From assembly GCA_977862235.1 (NCBI GenBank), contig OZ374560.1:1-64000 (forward strand): a DNA stretch of 64,000 bases, read 5' to 3'. Of the stretch, positions 48,252 to 61,904 are shown piece by piece. The position numbers and the translations under genes are program-made. The number at the start of each line of letters is the position of its first letter. Positions within the stretch are counted from its first letter, which is position 1. Under the pieces are notes generated by a model. The model had not been told where the DNA came from. It made no database searches and worked only from the letters and a program-made list of their open reading frames with translations. Source of the DNA: Dudresnaya verticillata. Its lineage: Eukaryota.

Positions 48252-49916
48252 AAAAGCAATAAAGAGGTAATAAATAAAACATTGTCTATGTCTATTCCCG
48301 CAACCTGAAACGATGATTATTTTACGTGCGGACGGTGCGCGGGCCACCTCTAGATAAGCTAGAGTGCCCTGTCGGTGCACAAAGTTGACAACTAAACAAC
48401 AATTATGCAAAAAGAAGAATGCAGACGGCTAGACGCACCGGCGGGAATCGAACTGATGGCACAGCTTGGGCGGGGGAAGACACCCCAACTCCCCCCGCGC
48501 CTTCGACCCCTCCGCCCGAAAGAAATTCATATATATACGCGCAATTCTATATGATACAAGCTGTTTGCAATCACATTCTGGCGCGAAAAGCGGAACACTG
48601 CAACCGGCAGCTAGCCTTAAAGGGAGCGAGGACCCTCCTTGGACACTGTACCCCACCCTCACCCCACCACATCAGTTCAAAATGCCTCGCGGCCGCCTTC
48701 TCTCTGCCGAAGAGAAGGGGCAGATAACTGCCTACTCCAAGTCGCTGTTAAGCGTCCGAAAAATCGCACAACTCATCAGACGCTCTCCCGGGGCCGTCCA
48801 GAACTTTCTTAAGCACCCTAAAGTGGTGAACGGATTCAAATCGGCCGGAAATGCCCGGAAACTCAAGCTGCGTCAGACCCGCCTTCTACTCCGCGAAGCC
48901 GCAAAAGGAGAAATGTCGTATAGGGAACTACAAGTATCCCTCGAACTCCCCGTTGGAGTCCGGCGCGTGCAACAGCTCTTAAAGGCCACCCCTCATCTCA
49001 AGTACAAGAAGATGCTGAAGCGCCCGCAAATGCTTAAACGTCACAAAGATGCTCGCTTGAACTGGGCAAAGAAGATGCTGGAGAATGGACCGGAGTTCTG
49101 GCGCAGCGTGGTATTCTCCGACGAAAAGAAGTTTAAGTTGAACGGTCCTGACGGTAATGCCTCATACTAGCACGATCTACGAAAGGAAGAAAAGGTCTTT
49201 TCAACAAGGCATTCGGGTGGTGGTTCTTTGATGCTGTGGGGGGCCATTTCGTGCAGTGGGGTTTCGATGCCTGTGTCCATTGAAGGTACTCTTGACTCCT
49301 CACAGTACTACCAGATACTAGAGGAGGAGTTATTGTCCTTTGCGAGCAAGAAGATTGGGTCGGAATGGGTTTTCCAACAAGATAATGCGTCTTGTCATCG
49401 GTCCAACTATACCAAGATGTGGTTCTATAGTAAGGATGTCGACGTTCTAGAGTGGCCGGCAAAGTCCCCGGACCTGAAAGTCATCGAGAATGCCTGGGGG
49501 TTGATGGCGAGCCGTGTTTATGAGTGTGGTAAGCAGTTTGAACTGTTGAGGACTTGACTGAAAACGTTTTAGATGTTTGGGACGGCTTGTCCTTAGACTA
49601 TCTTCAAACTCTTTACGACTCGATCCCTCGTCGCCTTGTAGAGGTCGTCGAGCGAAAGAGTAATGCCACCAAGTACTAAGAAGCCCAAAATAAAATTTTC
49701 TTTGTTGTGTATCATATAGAATTGCGTGTATTTATTCTATTTTCGGTAATGTTTTATTTTTTACCTCTTTACTGCCTGCCGCGTTTTAATATCTGATTAC
49801 AGATTTGGATTCTCCTGCCAATAATGTATTTGGACGAGCTCTGTCTCGTTCCAAAGCAAAGGGCAACCCCCTTTCTGTAAAGTCTCTGGGGTGTTTTATG
49901 CGATTTTCGCACACTG
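48252..49916 (+). mobile_element. Tc1/Tc3-like DNA transposon, outer left end deleted
   Basis: Right end ...CACACTG|TA. Inverted sub-repeats 48256-48283/49748-49775 and ~48533-48559/49705-49731. Confidence 0.85.
48682..49679 (+). pseudogene. Tc3-like DD34E transposase (TAG at 49168, frameshift ~49545)
   Basis: MPRGRLLS HTH start, FSDEKKF, FQQDNA-x34-E (WPAKSPDLKVIE). Confidence 0.9.
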
Positions 49917-50596
49917 TACTTAGGTAAGCCGTCCCAGACGTAGCAGTAAACGCCCGGGCAAGCCGGCCTTGGTCCAGACGTCCCCGTTCCGCACGCGCGT
50001 ACCCTCCATTACCGCTGCCTACGGCCTAAGCGTCTACCTCCCTTGCTTCCACGATCAACCATCGTCGTTGACGTGTTTTCTTTTTTCTCTTTTGTCCTTC
50101 CTTTCCGCCTCGGGTGATTACAGTCCGCCCAAGGCATGTCAACCGCTCTACCATAAGCTGCCCTAGGCGAGGCTACTCACCGCCACGGGCGTCGCTACCC
50201 ACCGAGCCCCGAACTGCTCGGCGGTGTTCCATCAAGGACGTTTGCACCACACTGCGGATACGGTCGAGCCTCGCCTTCGATGGCCCCACGAACCCGGAGT
50301 CTTCCCCGGTGGGCGATCGCTCGAGTTCTACCTTCCGCACACGAATACGTTGACACCGTGGTCCTTCGTGTTGGTCGCTCCGCTCTACCACGCTATCACC
50401 CCTTTTCCTTTCTCCGTTAGGCTATGAGGCCACACTTTAGGCTCCGAGGCCATTCCTTACAGTGCGAGACTTCCCCGCGTCACCGTAGTCTTCGTTATAC
50501 CACAAAGGAAAACACTATCACACGGATTAATTTGAACACGGCGGTAGCCTGATAGTGCTGGGCAACCGAGGCCAAGGACCACGGTGTCAACTTGTT

Positions 50597-51433
50597 TGTG
50601 GCATAGCTGTAAGACCAGCTGTGCCACGCACGCGCAGCTGTAAGACCAGCTGCGCCACGTGTGCACCGCTGTGCGCACGCTTTCAGCCGGTGGCGCCGAA
50701 GCCCCGCTGAACTGTAAGAAAGTGCGCAGTGGCGCCCGCGCGTGCACGTGTACGCGTGTGACACTGAAACTCCCATGTAATTTCTACGTTTATTGTTGTG
50801 TAGTGTACAGCACCGTCTAGTGTAAGCGGCGGTCGAACGCCCTGCCGTCCTGCGCGCCGTGCGCACGCACTCCGGCGCAGAGCCGTTGTGTGCGTGACAC
50901 GCGCGCGCGCACTCCGGCGTCGAGCTGTTGAGTACGTGTGGACCGTTTCGCCCACGCGCGCCCCCGGGTTACCGTTACCCGCACGCGTCGACGCTTGTTG
51001 GGGCGCGCCGGCGCACCTCCCGGGTTGGTGCCGCCACAGGCCCTGTAGTATATTTAGTAGTCGCCCCTCTGGGCTTGAGTAAACCAGGCAAGCCAGCCTA
51101 CGCCAGGCTTGCTCTTTTCTGCTTTGGGTTTCTTTCCCAGTCCTTCGCCCTACCGCTTCCCTCTTTCCCTAGCCTTCTAGGCTTTCCTTTTCCTTTCCCT
51201 ACCGTCGGCTTCGTGCCGCCCCACGACGGGGACGCAGGGATCCGGCCGCTGCCGCCCGCGTACGGTACGCCCCGTGCGCGCTCAGGCTTCGACGCCGTTG
51301 ATCCACGACCGTCGACGGCACGCGTGGCCGACACCACCGCTCTACCACCACCGCTACCACCCTTCGACGGGTCTGGGTGCGACTACGAGACCAGCCGCGC
51401 TAGACGTGAGTTCGACCTGACGTCTATGCCACA
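50597..51433 (+). repeat. LTR (837 bp) of another family (E4), no matching TSD
   Basis: Perfect TGTGGCATAG...CTATGCCACA termini; TATA-like and pyrimidine-rich layout like the E2 LTR; GCTGTAAGACCAGCTG duplicated. Confidence 0.7.
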
Positions 51434-51750
51434 GTAATACACATAATCGAGTTCACGCAGAGTTCGACAATCTCCGTGCTGGCAAGGTCCGCAGGATCGA
51501 AGACCCACTCAAAAGCCTCCGGGATCTCGTCTCGGGAGTCAGCAAGCATTTCCTCGTGCTCGACCGCAGCGCAACCGCCCCCGTGGGCAAGGCGACTCAC
51601 TCGCTTCCCGTTCGCAGCTCGCACGCGTTTTCGGAGTACCAGTTAAACGCTATTCGTGACATCGTGTCCGCCGCGTTACGAAAAGACTAGAAGTCGCAAA
51701 GATCGTCCCGATGTCCGTCCTGACCCCGCAATTCGCCGCAAGTTCAACCC

Positions 51751-53541
51751 ATGCAGGGCCTGGGTACCCAATCTAGGTTACCGAAAAATACGTACCGGAA
51801 TCCGTTTCCTCGTCCTACAATTTCGCATCCGGCAACCGATGCCTTCGGCAACCCCCGTATCAACCCCGCAGTCTTTCCAGATTCGTTTCAACTACCGATG
51901 TCCCCGGGAGGACCCGTAACCGAAAGTCCGTTATCGCTCGCGGGACCCGTGTCATCCTTCTGGCACTGGGGACCGCTTGAGCCGGGCGTCGAGCCGATTC
52001 CGACGCTCATTCCCGAATTCGGGCGGGCCGTGAGTTATCGATGGTATCGACTTATGAATTCGTCACCTCGAGATAACCAACACGAAGTATTCCGGGGTAA
52101 CCCATCGAAGGCCGGTTCACTTATGCGTTCGATGATGCCAAGACTGGAGAAATTCAGGGGACGCGATCCGATTAAGGTTCTCGCATTTCTTCGTGATACC
52201 CGTCAAGCGCTGAACGGATTCGGTCTCATCGAAGGAGCAGCAGTGCGTACGATTTCGTGGTTCCTCGATGAGACCGCACTAAAGATGTATCTACACTATG
52301 CCTTCGGAGGTGTTCGTACTGGCAACCTGGTCTGCTGGTCCGCGATCGTGAACGTATTGCTGCAACGATTTCTCACAGAAGATTTAATCTCTGACACACA
52401 CGACCGCGTAATAACCGTGAAGCAGAAACCCGATGAAACCGAGATGGAATTCGCGACTCGTTTACAAGGCTACGCAGATGTCTGCTCTGGTGTCTACGAT
52501 GACTCCTCGTTAACGCAGCAGTTTATTCGTGGGTTGGTACCAACTACGTATTCCGTAGTTGCCGACCAGGTACGCCGATTACCGCTGTCCGAGCAGAAGA
52601 ACTTTATGAGCTTGCAACGAATCACGCAAGCCGAAGGCACGACATTCTGAGCTCGTGAGCAACGTGACGCCGCGGCCCAACAATCGGGTGATTCGAAGAA
52701 CCGAGTATCTGCTACGTACCCGAAGAGTCTCCAAGCGTCCGGACGTACTATGCTCATCGAAGCTTACGATACTCCCGGGAGTTAATTCGAGTTCTCGATG
52801 AACGAAGACCCGCAAATTGCCGTGATGATGATTCGTTCAGGACCCGGTTCCACGTCCGCTACATCGACTACTTCGACAACGGTATCCGTAGACGATACGT
52901 TGGATCTCACGAGTCGCATCGAGCGCTTCATATCCGCGCGTGTCTCACCGATGACCACGTAGCAAATCGAGATGGCGCGTTCGATGATCCCGAAGAATCA
53001 GGATGCGTGGCCGTGTTGGTTCTGCCGCAAAATCTGTCATCTGATTTATTCGTGTCTGTATCTCACGAAGGAGCAACAACCCTACTGCGCGTACCAGAAA
53101 TATCTCTATCAACTCGAGACGAGACCGTATAGGCAGAATGACTTCGTGAATCGCGGTGTCGCAAGAGGGAATTCATCCTCGTCCATTGACAATCGAGATC
53201 ACCGTGGACAGGACTTCCGTGGATCGCGTGAAAATGGCCTAACGCGAGATCTTCTTCAAGGCGACACGCGCTACCCGAAGGACTTAGCCCTGCGTCAAGT
53301 CAGCTTCGCTCGTCGAGGACCGCGGACCATCCTCCGCAACTCGAGACACGCGCAGGCCCCGGGCCGCCACCAGGTTCTCATAGTCCGTGAAAACGTTAAC
53401 GAGATTGAGCTGAGTCACCCAAATCTTCTCTCAGAGGCCTACGAAGAATCTGTGAATAACGGAAGAGGTGGCGGATCGACCACACCCTTGGACGCGGATC
53501 CCCGTACCATGGATTCTGGCTCGAGTTCGGAAAACGAGTAA
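51751..53541 (+). pseudogene. gag: E3 gag (multiple stops)
   Basis: FRGRDPIKVLAF...FIRGL core and CWFCRKICHLIYSC knuckle. Confidence 0.8.
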
Positions 53542-53759
53542 AGACGAAGACGCCCGTTGTGTCCCATACTTAGTGTAATTCCGTTCCCCGAGACACTCCG
53601 CGTATTCCGATTCCGAAAGCCGCTGCGATGCGAAGGAAGCGCGCTACGCGAAGAGGAGACCGAAAGGGACGTCCAGTCCTCGCGAAAGCCTCTTCGTCCG
53701 AAAACAGTTCGAAGAAGAGACCGATTCCGAATATCGAACCCGCAGTTACCACCGAGGGA

Positions 53760-56700
53760 TACGTTTTTTTGATGACATCAGAGATCTTCCTTGTGACTGG
53801 ATCTGTAGGCCTAGATGCTTCCGTAATGACGCCGAATACGATGGCAGTCGATACGTGTTCCGGTTACATCGCATAGCCCGGGCTGTGTTACCCATCGGCT
53901 GAGAATCGAACGCGTCCACGAGGGAATCAGCTCCGAGGCTCGCATCCGCTGATCGCACCTGGATTAGACTCTATGGTATCGTTTAACTGACAGTCGGCCT
54001 CGGAAGCTTTCGTTATCGCGTACCAGTCGTGGTTGCGGAAAAACGCTTAGTCGATGTTCTCCTTGGAACTTCTTGGATGGATGCGCATTTACGAAGCATC
54101 AAGTTCAGTCCACGGAGGCTCGTCATGAATCGTGGAAGCACGATTCCGATTATTAATCGCATTTCTGGATCGGTTCCGCCCGCTATGAATTCGAAAAATC
54201 CGAAACCGAAATTCGGGAAAACGCTATCGAAGCGAGACCAACGCGAGCTGCACGATTGGGACCGAGACACTCGCACCATTCTTTTGATCCGCCGAGCACT
54301 ATCCCGAGTTATTCGCAGAATCTAGTCACCGTGATCTCGGAAGTACTCGGGCTAATACACTTCGAAATTGAACCTTCGTTACAACTTCAACACGTAGTAC
54401 GGTGAACGAACGGGATACACGAGGTCAGCTCGAATCGCGAGTTTTTTACGGCAAACTTCACGGATAAGCTTCGAGCGCTACCGATTGGAACCGTCATCGG
54501 ATACGCAGCTCGAAACCTGCTCGCGATTTTGATGCCCGATCGCGAAGTCGCGGATTCGTCTGCCAAGGTGCTCAACATCTCCACGCTACGCGAACAGGAC
54601 GACTCGAGGTCACCAGAAGAATCCATATCCAAGAAGGAAAAACGGCTCAAGAAAGGCGCCGCGACTGCGGCTGCCGAAGCCAATTCGAGTTCCCGCGATT
54701 GGGAAGAACGCGTAGACCGTTCAAATACACCCGACGAAACTACGCGAAACGAGGTCCTCGAGATGTTCCGAAAGCGCGAATCTATGTGGAACAGAGACCT
54801 CGGAACAATCGCAGCCACGGAGCATCGTATCGATCTGAAACCCGGAACTCGACCTATTCGTTCGATTCCCTACCGTCAAGGGCCCGCAATACGATAAATC
54901 GCCCGTAACGAAATCGACAGTATGCTCAAAGCCGGATTAATCGAACCAGCCACCTCGAAGTGGGCGTCTCCCGTATTACTCGCTCCGAAGAAAGACGGAA
55001 CACTTCGTTTTTGCGTGGATTGCCGAAGACTCAATACGAAGACACCATTGGAGGCGTACACGTTTCCCCGGATGGAAGATTGTATCGATTCCCTCGGAGA
55101 CGCTTCGATTTTCTCGACACTCGATTGCAACAGCGGGTATTGGCAGATTCCGGTCGCCACGAAGACCACGATAAGACTGCGTTTACTTCGTTTCTCGGAA
55201 TTTATCGTTATCTACGTATGTCCTTCGGTTTGAAAAACGGGCCCGCTAGGTTTCAACGCGCACTCGATATCATTTTATCCGGAGTGCGTTGGCAATGTTG
55301 CCTCGTCTACCTCGATGGCTTAATATTTTCTCCACAACTATTCGTGAACACATCGCGCATCTCGATCAAATCCTCACGCTGCTTCGTAACTACGGGGTTT
55401 TGCTCAAGGTGAAGAAGTGCTTCCTCTTCAAGAAACGAGTCGATTATTTCGGACACGTAGTTTCCCCCGGGAAGCTGCGTATGGCCGAGAAGAGCTCCGA
55501 AGCATTCCGATACGCGAAGTTCCCGAAGATACTCCACCACGTCTGCTCATTCCTAGGTTCGTGTAACTTATATCGACGATTCGTGAGAGACTTCGCGATA
55601 ATCGTGGGACCTTTGACGAACATGAGACGAAGGGACGCGGATCCTGATTAAGAGAATCCCACGGAGGAACACGTTACCGCATTCGAAACGCCCAAACGGA
55701 AGCTCGTGTCGCCGCCAATTCTCCGGCTACCAAAACTCGGGAAACTTTACATCATCGATACCGACGCATATTCGTATCAACCCGGATGCGCGTTGCTATA
55801 GGAGCAAGAGAACGAAGGATTCCAACCTGTGGGATACTGGTCTTATTCGTTAAACGATGCCGAAAAGAACTACTCCGCAACCCAGCGCGGATGCTACGCA
55901 GTAGTATGGGCGGTTACTTAGTTCCGTCCGTATATCGAAGGGCCCCAGTTCACCGTACGTATGGACCAAGATGCGTTCCGATGGCTTCTTTCTCCTGCCG
56001 ATTCGTCCGGGCGACTCAAGCGATGGAGGGGGCGATTACCCGAATTCGACTTCGAAATCGGATATCGCCCCGGACGCATACATCAGATACCCGATGCCCT
56101 CTCGATGTTGCTGCTACCGCATCGAGAATCACCCGACATCGACGACGAAGTTCCTACGTTTGACTCCGATCAAATCGCAGCATAGAAAGAAGAACGCTTC
56201 GGAAACGACATCACGAAGACAGTCGAAAACGAAATAGACCCGGTTCCAATTACTAAGAGATCTCGCAAGCGTCAATCGAAGGTCACCGCGATTCGCCACG
56301 ACTCCACGCGGACGACTACGCCCGCAAGACGGGCAATTCGAGCAGGCACTACGCAAAGACCCACGGAGTTCCCGAAAGGTTACGAAGCTGGCAATCATAA
56401 GTACCACGAAGGCTGCGCACACGCACACGACGAAACATTACACGATACGTGATAAATACGAAGGCCAAACCGATGTCTACAATGATGGCGATTTATGGGG
56501 CGATATCGATGACGATGACCCGTTTGACCTTTATCGAATCGATCCCAACGACAAACCGAGTGACCTAACCGACTTCAAACCTGTAGACGTACCCGCACAG
56601 ATTACCGTACCCAAAATCCTCGAAGACAACTTATTGATTCGTTCTGCCAAACGGCGCAAACACAACAATCGAAAACGAAGGATAATCTCTTTGACGAAGA

Positions 56701-58050
56701 TGGAGAAGGTCTCCTGCGACGAAAGCATCCGACAATTCCGAAGTTAGCGCAAAACGTATTGCCCGAAACGCTCCGACCCCGGTTACTTCCACTGGCGCAT
56801 CATTCGTTACTCGCGGGACACCCGGGGCAGAATCAAATGTTCTACTCACTTCGTGTACCGTATTACTGGCCTTACCTGGCTTCCGATATTGCACCCACGG
56901 CTAGAAATTGTAAGCACTGCGCAATAAATTGAATTCGTTTACGAAGGAACCTTCGTCGATTGAAGCTCCTCCCCGCTACCCATCCCCTCTAATCCGTCGC
57001 GATTGACACCTTAGGCCCGTTTCCACCAACAAAATCCGGATGCAAATTCTTACTCGTGATTATGGATCGATTTACGAAGTTGACTCAGGCGGCCACACTA
57101 CGAGCCATAACCGCGTATCACGTCGCAATCACGTTTTGCGAGTTTTGGATCCTCACGTACAGACCGTCAGACTCGGTGCTCTCGGCTAACGGAAAACAGA
57201 CTACTTCAAAATTCTTTTAGGGCATCTGCAGACTACTCGGGTTATCGAACGTGTTCACTTCCGCGTATCATCCGCAAACGAATGGACAAACCGAACGATA
57301 TAACCGGACTATCTTCGCGATGCTTCGTAACTACGTGAACGAACATAAAAACAATTGGTACAGACCGATATGGCTTCGCGTTAACGTACTCGCACAATTG
57401 CCACTTTCATTAGTCTACGAAGATAACTCCGTTCAATCTCATTTTATCGCGACCACCACCCGAATTCACCGTCAAGCATCGCTCCCGTAAGCACCGACCG
57501 AAACCCACAGAGGACATTCGTGACGAGTTCATTAAGCGACTCGATGTCGCGATCGACTCCGCATGCACTTCGTTACAACGCGTTCAAAATTGTTACAAAA
57601 CAGGACTTCGATGAGCGCATCCGCCGCACAAAGAGCCGCATGAAACCCGGAGATTACGTGTTCCTCGATATCCACGATGGGAAAATGAAACTTTCGAAGT
57701 TTAAATCCCGCGGAGAAGCCGTAAATAGTGCTCTTCAACAATACGCGCAATCGCGTGATCGATCGCGAGGGTGTCGTCGAACGCGGTTCCGCGGACCGCT
57801 GCATATACGCACCACCGCCTACGAATTTACGATCGTCGATTACGAGACTCGAAGACATTGCGGAAAAGGTCACCGAAGGCCCGAGTACGTTTTCGACCGC
57901 ATTATTGCTCACTCGGCCGCCGAAGACGGGAAATTCGTATTCGTATCAAGTGGGACGGCTACGCGATGCCTTCGTGGGAGCGTCGCACGCACGTGCCCGA
58001 ATAATGCGTTTACGGATACTTTCAAAAGCTCTGACGCAAAGCGGACCCGC
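53760..58050 (+). pseudogene. pol: E3 pol, heavily disrupted
   Basis: VDTCSG protease, LDCNSGYWQI / YLD RT, RNase H, AYHPQTNGQTER integrase, EYVFDRI...IKWDGY..SWE chromodomain. Confidence 0.85.
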
Positions 58051-59747
58051 GTGATCCCGTGCTACTCTCTGACGAACGGCTCTCCGATTGGGACCCCGAG
58101 TGGTTCCGTGGCCCCGACTTCGTCATCCGCAACCCGCAGTACGAATAGCCCCTACACCCACTCGAGTTGGGCGCCGCACCGTAGCTCAACACACGAAAGG
58201 TCCCGGCGCCCACTGCGTTCTCGCAGCACTTGCCCGCTGCTAAGGTGCTCATTACGATTGCCCCGGGGTATTCGGTCTCACAGTACCGCTACGAGCTCTT
58301 CGTGCACCCCTTCGTGGTAACCGTCACCGTATTTCGCAACGCGCCTTTTCATGTACGACAACTGCCCCGACGCACAGTTGTCTCGGATCAGAGACGGTCG
58401 TCACCGAGCTACCCCGCGTCTCACGCTGCGCAATTATAAACCGCGCAATTCCAGACCACAACGCGTCGTCATATCCACGCGACGCACGAAAAGGAAACCC
58501 TCGGAGGCAGCACAAAGCCCTCTAGGCATCACCGACTTCGCACGCGACGATGCCACCACGAAGTTGCACATCGCGACGTCGTGCGGCATCGACCACCACA
58601 CCGCAATCTTAGTCACATCCGCCGCTGGCTCATTCGCGCACACGGTTGCACCAAGTCAATCGCATTACAGGAGCTGACACCGAGGCTCCCGGACGGTGCA
58701 CACTACGTAACTTGTCATACCCGATTGACATCATTCTTCGAGGCCGATCCCACTCGCACAACGCAACTCGCACGCTCACCCCGCGCATCAAACCCTCATC
58801 GCTCGAACGATTGCCTCGGAGCAAAACAGGAGTCGAGTGATCCCCGCGCTTGAGCCACGGAGTGGACCCCTTTTTACGACGCACGACGCGCCTTCGAAAA
58901 GCCCACGTAGTTCTCGCTTGTTCGACGCGCGCAATCCCCTCGCATGGCCTCGGCGCCTCGGTACGCATACGTTCCGCACCAGCAGAAATTCGCCAACGCC
59001 AGCCTCGGAGCTCACGAGACTTGCTCGACGCAGTCCTCGAGACACCTATGCAGCTCTCCGAGTAGCTCTCCGGCACGTGTCACACCTCTTATAGTCTGCG
59101 CGGACGCCTTCGTCTTGAGGAGGGGGTATGTACGTAAAATCCCGAATTCTCGATGACGCAACCTTCGAAGATACTGCGCGTAATATTATTCATAAGTAGC
59201 GCCACACGAATCAGGAAAAACGAAGTCGTTCTAAAAACAAGTCTCAATTCGCACGCTTGAGCACGAAGCTCGTTTATGAGAAGCTACGATGCTAAAACTA
59301 CGATGCAAACAACTACCTGACTACTGCTAAGAGGCAAAAGGCAAAAGAAAAGTCGAGAAAGAGAAAACGTTTTACTCGAAACGATACCACGAGACCGAGA
59401 CCCCGCCACTATGAGCTCCAAGAACAAGAGCTCGATATCGAAAACGAGAAACTAAGCAGCTATGAAGCTAAAAAGAAGCCGGGTACTAAACTACGTAATA
59501 ATACCGGCGAGCATACGGATTTGTGGAGTCGTAAGTCAGGTTATCACCAGGATCGTTTCCGTTTTCGTTACGAGTCGCTCGACGAAAGTTCGGCGCATAC
59601 GGATCCGATCTCTGCGATTGTCCACGGTGACCATCGTATCCGTAGCCACCGCTGGGTCCGAATCCCGAAGGGCCCCGAGGCAGACCGGTAAGGCGAGGAA
59701 TCGTAACTCGGGTAACCATAATCTTCGCGCCGACGCTTACCGCCAAA

Positions 59748-61800
59748 CTAGAGGTAACTAATACGATCACTAAGCCTCGCTATCTCCACATCCCGATCGA
59801 GGCGAAGGAGATTCACCTCTGCGACCGCGCGAAGGAAACTTCCGCAGAGATCGTTACGCTTGCCGCCAAACTCGAGGTGCCGAATACGATCACTAAGCCT
59901 CGCTATCTCCACATCCCTATCCCCAAGCTGCCTACGAAAGAGACTCACCTCTGTGACCGCGCGAAGGAAACTTCCGTCGAGACCGTCCAGTAGCTGCTGA
60001 AGATTCCCATCGGGGGAGATGCCCACTTCACGACATGCATCGCTCACGGACTCCAGAGTACGAATATTCGTGGGACAGAGCATCTCGAAACTCGCAAACG
60101 AAGAAACCGAAGCGCTCGGCACCAAAGAAACGGCCCCACTTCCAGGCGTTGACCCCGGAGTCAGCGGCGGCGAAGACACCGAAACTACGGAGTGAGTAAC
60201 ACCCGGCAACGGACCAGCTTCGCCTCCGATGGCACGAAACGCGCCACTCGGATGTGAAAACGGATCGACTCGTGGAACTCGCACCCCTCGGGACGACCGC
60301 TTGTGACGCCACTCGAACCAGGACCCGGAGCCCACTTCGTGTCCGACGACCTTTAAACACTGCCCAGTCGGGAAATCGCGTCGGGTAGCTTGAAGGTCCC
60401 TCCGATCCGCACCCTCCATGTCAATCGCAAGGATCTTCGTAAACGACGTCGTACGATCTGAGCCTCGAAGCAAAAGATCTGGATACTCGCCATACTTGGA
60501 GAACGGTTTTGACCAGCGATCGCGAACGAAGTTGAGCAACGAAGTATCGAGTACCCATACATATTGACGCTGAGTTACATCCGAGATCAACACACGGCCA
60601 TGCTCGAAGCGATACTGGGAATCTCGAAAGCACACGAAGCACTTCTTCACACACTCCAGATACGTGTCGACCACGAGACCGAAGTAACGAGTCACCCTCG
60701 GAATTGGCACGACTAAGCCGGCGGGGGCCCGAAAACAATTTTATTGAGCCAATATGAACTCGGAAACATGCTTACAGGCACACGATCATCGAGACGCGAA
60801 TTCGTATCCACTCGGTCTGGCATCGTGCCCGCTCCAAGGAATAGCGCCCAATCTCCGGCACCGATATGCACTCCGAGCATGCGAGAAATCGAGCCCACGT
60901 GACGCCATACGTTTCCCGCATCGGACTCGAACTCGGGGTAAACGCGAAAGCGAGCTACCGCAACCACCGACGAATACACGGAGATGCCCGGACGCAGTGC
61001 CAGGAGCACTCTTCAACACCCATCTACGTAACGAATATCGTCAATCGAGGCCACGAATCACACGGAAGACCAAGCAGAGTCGGATACGCCGGGCCAACGG
61101 GCCAGAATACGAGAAAGATACCAGCACCTCCGTCGTCGCGCCCCGCGCAGAGTGCTCGGAAGCGAGCCAAATCCGGACAAATACGGCCATTGTAGGCAGC
61201 GACCTCTTCGTGAGTAGCCCCGGAGACTGCGAACGCATACCAGGGGAAGTACAATTGCGAAGACGGAAGCCTCGGAGAACTTTCATCCTTCGTTCCGAAA
61301 TTCTGGGGACCCAACGAGGCGCTCGGTTGCCGACCACGATTCACAAATTGCGGACTCGACCCGCCCGATCTCACGGATGGGCCACCGAGGTCCACCGTAC
61401 CCGAAGGCTTCGAAGCCCCGATGTCCACGACCTCCGTAATCGCCAGAGTCCGTAGCACATATTCACCGGCGTCACCCGAAGGACCAGCGACATTCCATGA
61501 AGGCCCTGAAGCCTTCGGAGGCACCGCAACATCCTGCGTAGGCTTAGAAGCCACGTGTTACGCGGCAGCAGCGCGGTCACCCTCGAGGCGACGACGAGTA
61601 GTCTCGAAGAGCTCTTCGTAATACTCGGTTACCTTCGTGTGACCCTTGTCCGCCATCGAAGAACCCGTGACCCGAAGTCAATCCCGACGCAACCCACGGA
61701 GAACCAGCAGCACTTGCCCCAACACTGAAACCCGAGACCCACAACCGACCACCGCAAACAACCAAGGCCAACGGAGCAACAACACGAACACCACGGAGCG
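59748..61800 (-). pseudogene. Antisense accessory ORF associated with E3 (~650-700 codons, disrupted)
   Basis: Consecutive minus-strand ORFs 61024-61554, 60713-61009 and 59748-60710; globular middle; C-terminal coiled coil with a 123-bp duplication (59761/59884). Confidence 0.55.
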
Positions 61801-61904
61801 GAGCGAACTATTCGAAGAAAGAAACGCGCGAACTGGTTCTTCCGTTCATTGATTTAGAAGCATTTGTGTCCCAGAAAACAGTTTCAGATAGCTCCGAAAT
61901 AGGT

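Larger units (their letters stand above)
47682..50251 (+). mobile_element. Solo LTR of an E2-related family, interrupted by a Tc1 element
   Basis: TGTGGTGCAA...TTGCACCACA termini, 5-bp TSD CTGCG (47677-47681 / 50252-50256), colinear with the E2 LTR. Confidence 0.9.
31329..50505 (+). repeat. Unclassified LTR-retrotransposon-like repeat (E5), interrupted by the piggyBac element and a solo LTR
   Basis: Pieces 31329-31413, 47178-47681 and 50252-50505 are colinear with the reverse complement of ~61905-62625. Confidence 0.7.
51434..61850 (+). mobile_element. Decayed Gypsy chromodomain element E3 (boundaries uncertain)
   Basis: gag, PR-RT-RH-IN-chromodomain remains, PPT-like GAGGAGGGGG at 59117 followed by TGTACG, antisense accessory ORF. 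Confidence 0.8.
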
